A DNA stretch of 59,000 nt, counting the filler, from Sphacelaria rigidula (lineage: Eukaryota), in assembly GCA_964200075.2 (NCBI GenBank). It is 5 parts of 5 records of this genome, joined end to end, with 100 filler letters (N's around TTAATTAATTAA, not from the genome) between each part and the next. Parts side by side here need not be neighbours in the genome. Positions count along the whole stretch, not along the records: positions 23,644 to 35,363 come from CAXNAA020004592.1; 4 more parts are not named here. One strand, given 5' to 3'. The stretch's first letter is position 1, and each line of letters starts with the position of its first letter. Shown one piece after another: positions 24,446 through 35,363 of this stretch. A program made the position numbers and the translations under genes. Below the pieces are notes generated by a model. The model ran no database searches and had not been told where the DNA came from. It saw only the letters and a program-made list of their open reading frames with translations.

Positions 24446-26669
24446 TGTCTATAGCGCCGCGATTAGTTTAGGGGCCGTGCTCGTCCTTAGAGGATTTGTT
24501 TCAACGGAAAGTTGGGGAAGGCACGGCACAGGTGTAATTCGTGCGCAAAAGACATGGCACGGGCACATTGCATCTCAACTCCCACCGGCGCGGTACTGTC
24601 ATTTTCTATTTTTAGAGCTGACGTCACATTAGCTCGATTCCTTGAACACATGAGCTCGATCTCTCCGACCCGTGGTCACGGGGTGCAACGAGCATACCCC
24701 CCATAGCCATAAAACCAAGAGTTAACAGAGGAAGCCTTCACACAAAAACGGTACACGAAAAGAGCGAGCCCGCAAAAACCGATCGAACTACAAGGAACAC
24801 ACTGCAAGCTGACAAATTACCGGCGTGCGATCTAGACGACCAACTCACCACCTACTGCTGTGTATACGTGTACTAACAGCAAACGCAGGAACCTAAACGT
24901 CGCAGGGAGCAAGAATCAATCCCTAATAGACCTAGTAATGTTGGAAAAAATCCCAGGTTCAAGGAAGTCAAGAAATGGCTTCATCGCCAAAGCATCAGTT
25001 GCCACACCAACTGACCTGACTCAACATCAATATCAAGCGAGTTGATCACCCTATACTATTCGTCCAGTGTAACTTCCCTGAGCGAATCCAAGTTCGATAA
25101 ACTTGATCTTCCCGCCCTCAAGACACTCCTCTTCCCCCTCCCCCTCTTGGCCCCCAAAAGCGCCGGGAAAAAACAAAACGAGTAGGCACGGTTGGTGGAA
25201 GTTGATTTTAGTACGTTTCTGTACGGGTAAAGAAATATGAAGCTCAGGCACAGAAGACGACACAACGCCGAAAGAAACGGAGCCCAAAATGAGAAGAAAC
25301 GAAGCCGCTAAACAGTCACATATGCTGCCGAAAGGTGGCGTGAATGATGTCGGATGTGAAGAAGTCGGTCATGTTTCGAGTGTAGGCATCTGGTTTTGGG
25401 ACGTATCGCAGTAGAAAGAAGGTAGGCAAGGGGCAGAGTAGAGGAACGACGAGATGTGAATAAGTGTGGAGACTGGTGATTGCACTAAAGCATATTGAAA
25501 GCAGAACAAAAGTTTCCACCGATAAAAGTAAGCATTGATGGAGGTGGGAGAGGGCAGAATGAAAATGGGCTAGGGGGTTAAATGGGAAAAAGGAATGTAT
25601 AGAGGTGGTGCTTATCGTAGACGGTGGTTTAGTGTCCGACTCCGCTCCTGGTGGCCGTAGGTCTGGTACCCTGTCGAGTTGGGTTGGCTTTTTGCTTGTG
25701 GGGTTCAGGGTCGTTTTTGCTCGGTGGCGTCACGGGGTTCTCTCCGGGAGGGGAGGGGGAATAGGTAGTGTTCCGCGGTACTTTCCGAGAAGTGGAGTTG
25801 TCGGATCTCGAGGCAAACACCTTTTTTACTTGGAATAAGTGCCGTTGGAAATCAGACTAGAGCTCAGTACGGGTGTCGTAGAAGCAGATTTGACACCTTA
25901 TGAAGTCTTCGTCATTATCCCCCGCTGACAGGTCAAATAGGGATTTTGAGGTTGGGGGGGCTCTGCATTCGTAGCAAGGGTGAGAACTGTTCCCGTCCGC
26001 TTTGACCAGGGTCTCAACGCAGTTGCGGTCGTCGGCGTGAGCGTATACCCTGTCTTGAGCGCCGTTGGGGTCGGTCATGCGGTGGTACGGAGTGATGACG
26101 CCGATGTCCACGCCACACGCAAGGCAGAGGAAGGGGACCTATTTCTTGGCGCTCTTCGGCACTGGCTTCGTTCCCTGGGATACAGAGACATGGGTGGTGC
26201 ACACGGAGCACCTGTTGATGTCGAACGAATCGAGAGAAGGACGAGGGGACGGTTGCGAAAAGTGCAGCAAGGAAAGTACGGAAGGAAACATAGTTGAACC
26301 GTGAGCGAATGCGTGACCAACGAGTGTTGGAAGCAATTGTGTCAAGTGGTTGGAAAACGCAAGAAGTTGGATAAAAGCTTTCGGTAATCACGTTACGAGC
26401 TGAGCTAGTCTGAAGCATTTTTGGGCGATTGACCACCTCTGCACGGCCCGTCTAATAGTCGAAAGCTGAAATTTGAGGGGTACTCCTTGATAACAATGCA
26501 CTGGTGAGGTGTTTGGTGTGGCCATGGCGCGCTTCCTCGCAGTGCACCGTTTTATAGCGGAGCAAGGCAAGTGTCACGAGAGATCTTGATGGGTTGAGCA
26601 AACGACGTACCCGAGTGGGGCGCTGCATCGCCGTGTTTTTCATTATGCATTCAGATGTCACCCGCTGGT

Positions 26670-29300
26670 GTGTTCCTCTATCTGAACCTTATCTCTCTGA
26701 ATCTCAGCCCTTAACCCCACCTATAGAGCTTACAATATAGAGCCACGGAGCCGTTCTGGCTCGACTGAAGACTGGCTACTGTACTGGTTCCCGGACCGTT
26801 CCTGTTGGTAGTTTGTACTGAACCGCACTGGTTCCTACCAGGCTGCTTGACCGCATGCCTTAGAATCTACATATGAGATCTATGTCCAACATATAATGTG
26901 CACACTCCCCCATTATCGTACAGCGGCAACACCAGAGAGCTGATACGATCACACCCAACGTGCTAGATACGAGGCAAACGAGTATTTCCATTGGATGCGA
27001 TAGGAGCCACGTGGTGAACCTGGACCCTCTAGACTCGTCCCGACTTCCGCCGCCTTTCCCGTCGTGATATCCTTGGTCGAAAGCGGCAGCGTGAACGTTT
27101 GTTGGCTGTGTGCGAGGTTGTCCTTGCTCGGCATGCATCCCGCACCCTCGGGTGGTTCCTTCACTGCATTTGTCGTGTTCTTTGCCGCGGGCTGTTCTTT
27201 TGCTTCTTGGTCAAGGGTAGAATCGTCCGCGTTCGGCACGGATATATTTTCGAGCTTGGCTTCTTCGTGACCGCCCAGCGTCTCCGGTGGTTCGGTGATT
27301 CGGCCTCGTTCACGATCATCTCCGTTCGAGGAGCCTTGATCCTCCAGTTCGACCTGCTGCTCGTTTCTTGTCTGGGATGCCTTGGTCTTTGAGCCTTCGG
27401 GGCGCTCGTCCGCGCTTGGGGTCGCACGACTTACAGGCGCCGCCAGTGGCACCCGTGGTCCCAGCGGTTCACCGGCCTCTCGGCTTTGAGGCTCGTCGCC
27501 TTTCCTCCTCTTCCATGACCTCTTTCCATCTGTCAGCATCACGTTCTGCCAGGGCTTCTTTCGCTGTCGACGGCTCCTGTGGTCCAGTGACGATTCCACC
27601 GCCGAGCATGCAGAATGCGCCTTTGTCCTGATCTTGTAGAAGGGTGGCGAGGAAATTTCCGTCATCAGAACTACTGCCGTCAGAACTTCTGGAGCATTGC
27701 TATGTGTTCTCCCCTCGATGCCGTTGCGCTAGTCAACTAGACCTGCGCAGTCCACTATCCGGAGAGGAGCGCTTCGATGATGGCGGGTCCTGTCGTGGTT
27801 GTCCACCCGGGCCATCATCGCCGTCGATTGGTGCTGCTTCCTCTTCTTCCGATGGTTTGTCCTCGTCATCGCTGAGTTCGGCGGCCTTCAGCTCCCCCAC
27901 GATGTCTAGGATCTTGGCCTCTGATTCTAACATGATATGTGAAGATTTAACGAGCTTTGATTCCTGTATCAGCCATGTATACCAGCGGAGAGAGTGCCGA
28001 TCGTGCCCCACCAAGATGCCCCACTTCGCATATGGGTGAAATTTTGCAGCGGCGCCGCGTTGCCTCTTGTGCTGATGTACGAAACACTCGGATCCCCAAG
28101 TACGAAGCCGATCGTAGTTGAAAGGCTTTCCTGTCAGCCTTTCACATGGGGTCTCGCCCCCGAGGTACTCGTGGGGCATCCCTGTGGTCTTGAATGCCGC
28201 GTCCGCCACAGCGAAGAACCAGTAGTCCCCTCCGCGTCCCGCTTTTACCAGTTGGCTGCGTGCTATCCTCATCAGTTGTTGAATGGCACGTTCAGCAATT
28301 CCATTACTCCGCGGTGTCCTTGGCGGTGAGGAGCGCAACTTGATGCCACGATTGGTCAGTATGCGTTGAAATTTGACTGACCGTCCAAGTTCCCCAGCAC
28401 CGTCTCCGCTGATGCACTTAATGGCCACTCCCTCACGGGCCATTTCGTCGATGTAGGCTCCCGTTGCGTCAGTGGCCGCATCTCGTGTCTCTAGTCCAAC
28501 ACCGTGTTTGTCTCGACTGGCTTCGTCCACGAAAACCTTAAAGTGTTTTATGCCCGTGACATCGGCGTGGAAAGGTCCTCCAAGGTCAGTGTGCACAACT
28601 TCACCTGGTGCTTCGGGACTCGTGCCGCCGCGGCCGTAGTTGAGCGCCTCGGACCTGCATTCCTTGCAGACACTGCCACCGTGGTAACAGTAATATCGAT
28701 TAGCCCACGCCTCTCGAGGTGTTTTATGGTAGCCGGATCGATGTGTCCTGAGGTGTCGTGCCACTCCTTCAATGTGAGGCGCTGCTTCTTGTTCGCGAAC
28801 GAGGCGTGCACCAACGCCGCATGTTTTCCATCCCCCTGCAGCGATGCCGACAGGGTCGGAAATCCTCTATTCTCGGCTAGGGGGATCTTCGGCCCATCCT
28901 TTCTCAACCGAAGGTAGCTCTCCTTCTTGCCGGAATCGACGAATTCTCCTTCGTCACGCCGAATCGTTTCGGCACTCTGCAGCCGGCAAGGTAGTCCAGG
29001 GACCCAAAGTACGTCCTTCAGTATGACCTTTTCCGGAGTACCCTTTCCCTGAGCGCCCACGTGCAATAGAATCTCTCCCATTGCCGGTGCCTGTAGCTGT
29101 CCCTTGTTCCCCAATATATAGTTTCGATTGACTGTACGTGTATTCCTGAGATTCTGTTTCCAGGAAGTCATGTGGACATTCGCTCCCGAGTCGCAGAGAA
29201 TCGACACCTCTGTGTCACTGTTGGTCGATGTGCACATGGATACTACTCTCTCATCTTCGACCGCCATGTTTATCTTCATGAATGCCTGCGGTACCCTCCA
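26670..29300 (-). mobile_element. Decayed, 5'-truncated Ty1/Copia LTR retrotransposon (protease, pre-integrase, integrase, putative PPT and 3' LTR); no RT detected
   Basis: Protease ILCDSGANVHMT; GAG-pre-integrase EWHDTSGHID; rve core VHTDLGGPF..FVDEAS..ISGDGAGEL..TPRSNGIAERAIQQL..YWFFAV; SH3-like KFHPYAKWGILVGH. The PR-IN order is Copia-type. Frameshift near 28680. Minus-strand ATGGGGGAG then TGTG at 26913-26901 fits a PPT/LTR junction. Confidence 0.85.
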
Positions 29301-30202
29301 CCCATTACTTTTGCCGTTTTGTGGAGGAGGTGGAAATGTTCGTGCGGGGCTCATCCCCGGCGGTCGTTTAGCTGGACACACGTGGACAGATAGCACCCTG
29401 TAGGACGTGCTGCATAGGGTTCTTCGCAGTCTTTGTGAGAATCCCTGTACGGCATTTGCAAACCCTAGTACCTCTACCAGCATTTTGTGTAACGTTTTTT
29501 TCGACACCCTGTAAGCAAGCCTGTGGAGAGGCCCTCCCAACTAAAAATTCCCAGATACTTTGTTACGAAATCCGTAAATTTATTTTTTTAGAGAAGGTGT
29601 TTGAAATAAATCCTCTTCTTGCCCGGTTGGAAATCGGATAGCAAACAAATAATGTTTCGAACAGCTTCTTCTGCTGTACAAATCTCATGTACACTAGCAG
29701 ATTTGGAATTTGAACAGAAGAAGAAGCTCGAAATAAATTCTCACTTTGCCCGCCACTTCATCCTGAAAATGAACAAAAAGAGAACTTATTGCCAACAGCA
29801 TTAGCTGTGCAAGTCCCGCATACTGCACCGTTATCAGCGGATGGGATCCGAGATGCGGCAAAAATTGTCGAAGATAATTCATCTTCTTGCCCCCCAACTC
29901 ATGTATCAATTGGGCTCAAGGATAAAATTCTCAAAAGCTTTCGCTGAGTAAAAATCCCACTCACTGCTTACGAGTGTATGCGTCCTCACGCCTGTGCTTA
30001 GATGCGATGCTTCGGCTGCAGGCGTGGTGAAGATGCTGGAATTTAGGTGCATACCTCGCATGTGTATGCACATAGCTCATGAAAACCCAGTTGTCCAATG
30101 TCTGCGAAGACAAACCAAATGATGTATAGATCAAAAACGCGAAAACAAATCATCGCGGTATATATATATATGTCCTTTGATGAGGATGATTGATTGATTG
30201 AC

Positions 30203-33200
30203 TGTCGCACTTGAGCTGACCCCCCAGCAGGGGTCCAGCCATGGTCTATATAATCACAACCATAAACTGTATACTGGACTGCACATCCAATACCATGCAG
30301 AACAGTGCAATACCGTGCTTATACGTCAGGTGCTATGTACTGCAGAGTGAGCGCGGCATATGCGCTACGTATGGCTATGCAGTGTGAATATATGGCGCAG
30401 CTTATATGTGACGGCGGATATCAGTCGCTTATATAGAAGGCGTTCTCGATATGCGTGATATGGGCGATAGGTCGTATTCCAGCTGTAGGTTAGTCGGGTT
30501 ATATTCCTGTCGGGGTTTGCACAACTTACTCATGTTTCGCTACCTCCGCCCGTTATCGCATGTCGCTCTTCGACGATTGATGGAGATGTCTGCTCCCACC
30601 AGCCACTACGATAACCACGGTAGCAGCACCAACGCCGCCTCTGCAAACAATCCGCAGGGCAGCGACCCCCACCGCCCATCATCAGGTCGAGCAGGTGATC
30701 TAGGGGCTGTTGCGCCCCGTCACTCCCATCACCTACGCAGCGGCGTGCCCCCCGACATCCAGGGGAGCTGCAGTGGCGGTGGTGCTGCCGGGGATCTCGA
30801 CCCCCGGGCGCCCCCCCCCAGCACCGTGCAACACAGAAGCCACGAGGATCTCGTCCGTCGCTTCCCATCGACGCACCACAGGCAGAACAACGGGGATACG
30901 AAACTCTCGACTTCCCGCTCTCGGAGCCGCCACCGCTCTCGATCCCGTTCACGGGCAGAGCGCCGTTCTCGCTCTCGCCCCCGCCGCCACCGCTCCCGCT
31001 CTCGCTCTCGCTCTCGCCGCCGCCGCTACCGCCGAAACTCTCGCTCGCCCTCCCGCAGCAGGCGTCAACACTATGCCCTTAGGTGGGGATTCCGGGAACG
31101 TCGCCACCACCGGGAGGAGCACAGGGCGTACCAGCAGCAGGCAGAGGCCGGTTGGCTAAGACGCTGGGGCTGTGATGAACCAGGAGCAGCAGCTGGAGCT
31201 GCGATCCAAGGTCTGGAATCCAACCAGAGGGGAAAGGTGAGCGAACGAGTACGTAGGTGTATTACGCGTGGTCGACCATGCCCAGTGTATGCAGGACCAA
31301 GTGCGGGGGAACTTTCGGTTGTCAACAGCGCTGTTGCGCTGCAACACCAGATATGGTCGACCCTGCGTGCAATGGACCAGGGAGTTTTGAAAATGCCGGA
31401 AGATGAATACGTCAACGGTAAGGGGTAACACAGACAGATCAGTACTCCGCCCGCCGGCGCGACCTACTGATCGAGTTGCTGGCAGAAACCAGCGGTACGT
31501 TTACGTCCCTGACCGCAGCGGATCGAGTAGACGTTTATCGTATCACGGGCGAAACCGACACCGTCCCACATGAATCCGTTGCCATGACCGACTGGCTACA
31601 GATCCTCGTCCGTGAAGAAGTGATGACGAATGGGGCTATTAAGTTTATACACGCTGCACTAGACGCGATCACCTTAGGTCCCAGCGAGTCGTGAAGTGTG
31701 GGGGCGCAACGGGTGTTGCTAACATTTTGCGCGAGTTTAGCTAACCCAAACCGACCATACAGTACCGAAGCCAAGTACTTCTGGCGATTTGTCACCGCCC
31801 GGCAGCTCAGTGAGCTTTACGACCGTATTATCCGAGTCATTCTGCCTAACCCGGTTGATAGGCTAGGTCTACAGTCGATCCTCCACGAAAAGACACACGC
31901 AATCTGGACCAGGCTGCAGCCTCTGAAGAGAAAGTGGCGCAATCCTACGGGGTCAGCAATGCAAAGAAGGGGGGAAGTAGCCAAGAGTCTTTACGAGGAT
32001 TTCATACGTATTGTGTGCGCCCATAACGTGGTATACAGCGACGACAGTCACGCGCGCCCCCAACCGCGTACTAGCAACCGCGACGCGGGACCTGACAGGT
32101 TATTTTCACTTGAGGAAGTAAGGAACTTGCTGCAGTTGCCCCCGGAGGTCGCCGCAATACTCCAGCAAACTAACCCGGGATCGCCTCTCTTCCCCGAAGT
32201 GCCGCCCGCTCTGTTAGCCCCTGCTGCGTCCTCTAGTCCTCAGATGTTAGCTGGTCACCGCTCGGCAGCACCTTCCGTCGCGGCGTTCAACAACCACCTG
32301 GCGGCCTCACCGGGCTCATACAGCGTGCCCTTCATGCAGCAAAGTTCGACACCCATCAACCCCGATCCTCGCGCCACGACTCCGGGTCATGCCGTCGCAC
32401 CCCGCGCGGCAGATTTGCAGCACAAACCCCTGGCACCGCCGTCTGGGAGCGCTTCGCCGTCACCGACACCCGCCACATCCGCCCACCCAGTCGGTCCGGC
32501 CTCGACGCCCGAACCATCCGCACCGCCGATTTCGGCGGGATGCGACACAGTGGGTACCTTCTTATGTGATCGTAAAATCTGCTTCGGTTACGCATTCACT
32601 GGATCGTGTCGTCCCCGGGGCAACACCGCCTGTCCCTGGGCGCACGGTATCATCCCCGCCGCACACTACAGCGGCCTACCGGCCCGCCGCAAGACGCTCA
32701 TTCCCCAACACCGGCTAGCTGTGCTTACGGAAGCACAATACTTGGCGGCAATCGACCTGGGTCTCATCGGCGAAGGCGACGACGACGACGGCGAGGACAT
32801 GCTGAGCGCATCCGTAAGCGAGGCCGCCGCTGGCGACAATCGAGCCGACGCGTGAAGACGCGCCCCAGGTGCAATTGACCTGGGGAACCTTCGCCGACCC
32901 AGCGCCACCACAATATCCCAGCGTCGAGGAAGCCAACTTTGGGTGACGGGCGAGATCTGGCACCGACGGCGTCTCTGTCGGCTGTGGCCGATGGAAGTCT
33001 TGCTGGACACGGGAGCGGGAGGTGGAAACTATATGTCAGGAGCGTTATGGCGCAGCTTACATAAGGCCGACATCCTGGACAATACGCCAAACCCTGAGGC
33101 GGCAGGTGTTCTCTGTGCAGCTAATCCATCCCAGAGTAAGGTTCCCTCGATGCACATAATCGGTTCCGTGACTGTGTCCTTGGTTTTGACCTCCGACTCA

Positions 33201-35312
33201 CGGGTCCGTAATATACCAGTGCGAGTAGTGGAGGGCCTGCCGTACGGCTTCACTTTAGGTGCAGATTATTTTCACTACAATAACAGTATCCTAGATTTTG
33301 CCCCAGGAAAAGGGTTCCACCCCTCGCCAGCGGCACCGTGGATCCCGTTCCTGACAAGCGAAACTCCTACCTACCACATTCAAGATATATTAGTAGCTCT
33401 GTACACCACGACGGAAACCACCGCCTCCCTAGCTGCGCCCGCTTGTCCGTCCATCCACAACTACCCCAGCTACCGTGACAAAGCTTGGGAAGACGACAGC
33501 ACCCTAGAGTGGAAGCTGCGCTTGGTCGGACAAACGATCACGCCCAGCGGCTTCGTCAGCGCCGCGGTAGAAACAGCCGCGATCGGTCCTCAACCACAGG
33601 ATAGGCAGCTTACGATTGTACTCCAAAAAGCAAAGTTCGACCTGGACAAGGGGGTAGAGGTGGGGATCGCGAAGGGAGTATCGTGGTGGCAGCCGGGGTC
33701 GCCGGTGTACTGCAAACTTGTAGATAGAAGTAAGGAGCAGGTAGCGGTGAACCCTACTGGCACGGTCGCGCGTATGACAGCACTGAAGGTACGAGATCCC
33801 GCCAGGTTTCACCCATTGTTTGACCCCCATCCGTCTACGACAGCCCCCCCCGTGGACCCCCCACCCCGCGCCTCACGTTTAGGCAGTAGTTGCTCGACCC
33901 AACCAAATCCTAAGGTCAATGTGAACGACGCCAACATGGGCCAGCTTGGAGCAGCGGAAAAGAGAGAGCTGGTAGACACGCTGCTGAGCTTTATCGAAGC
34001 TGGATTGTTCCCCACAGACCCCAAACGGGTTCCCGCTTGTATCAACGGTGAGCTCGAACCCCCCTAACTAACGAGCCATGTACGCCATTCGCAGCTAAGT
34101 AACGTCGATTTTCCCCGGAGGAACGTCACATGATCGGCGAAGAGATACACAAGCTTCTTGATCGCGGGATCATTCGACCCTCAACCTCCCCGTGGGCAGC
34201 CCAATGCCTATGCGTGAAGAAAAAAGACGGCACCTTGCGCTTGTGCATTGATTGGCGTGAACTGAACAAACTCTTGGTGTCGGACAGCGGGGTCTCGGGG
34301 ATATGCAATCCATTTTCGACGGCCTCAAAGGCAAGCGTTACTTCACCCAACTCGACCTGGCTTCCGGTTCCCACCAAATCGAGATGCGGAGAAAGATCGC
34401 TTCAAAATGGCGTTCCGAGGTGCAGATGGCCTCTTGTACGAGTTCACACGAGCAGGCTTTGGTCTAACAGTCCTTCCCGTCGCGTTCACCCGTCGGGTAA
34501 AAGGTACGGTAGGACACTTGGATGGAGTGTTCACTTGGCTTGACGATATTCTTATCGCGACCACATCCTGGGACGAGCATCTAGCTCTACTCGTGATCGT
34601 GTTACAACGCTTGTTGGTCGCGGGATTCTCGGTGAACTTCGCCGAGTGCATTTTTGCACCGGCGTCGCAAGAGTTTCTGGGCATCCTGGTAGGTAGCAGC
34701 GGCCTTCAACCCGCGCCATGCAAGCTCGCCACCATCGCCGAGATGCCCAGACCATCCACCGTTGACGAATTACGTACTGTCCTCGGCTTCACAGGGTACC
34801 TGCGCCAGTTTGTTGAGAAATACAGCCTAGTAGCCGCCCCACTAACCGATCTGCTCGGCAACAAAGATTTCGCATCCAAGCGTGCACGAGAGCTGTCCAT
34901 ACCGTGGAATACCGAGCACGAAGAGGCGTTCCAAGCTCTCAAAGCGGCCTTGTCCTCGCCGAAGGTACTAGCCTTCCCCGATCCCAACAATTCGTTTATA
35001 CTGCAGACGGACGCGAGCGAGGTGGGGGCTGGGGCGGTGCTGCTTCAGCCGGTGGGGTGCGAAACACGTATCATATCATTTGGCAGCCATGGATTCTCTC
35101 GTAACGACTCGTGCAGAGCACACACAACACGAGAGTGCATGGCTGTCTTGTGGGCTGTCCAACACTATAGACCATACTTGGCTGAAAGAAGGTTCTCGTT
35201 GATCACGGACTGTTCGGCACTCATATGGTTGTTCCGTAGCCGCGATCTCTGCCCCAAGTTACACAGGTGGGCCTTGCGGCTAATAGAGTATGACATCGAT
35301 CTCCAGTGGCGG
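30203..35312 (+). mobile_element. Decayed Ty3/Gypsy LTR retrotransposon (possible 5' LTR ~30203-30523, gag-like ORF, protease, RT, RNase H), interrupted before the integrase
   Basis: Protease [60 protein letters not shown]; RNase H FILQTDASEVGAGAVLLQ..RECMAVLWAV..ITDCSAL..LHRWALRLIEYD. Several stops and frameshifts. The LTR boundaries are tentative. Confidence 0.92.
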
Positions 35313-35363
35313 GAGGGGGGCGTACTCATTTGTTGCTTGCCTTAGTCATTTGACCATTGACCA
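35311..35363 (-). mobile_element. LINE 3' end inserted into the Gypsy pol
   Basis: GGGAGGGGGGCGTACTCATTTGTTGCTTGCCTTAGTCATTTGACCATTGACCA is the reverse complement of the LINE tail at 18067-18120. Confidence 0.7.

Noticed and set aside
30900..31070. SR splicing factor gene
   Set aside because: There is no RRM, and the RS tract lies within the Gypsy gag-like region.
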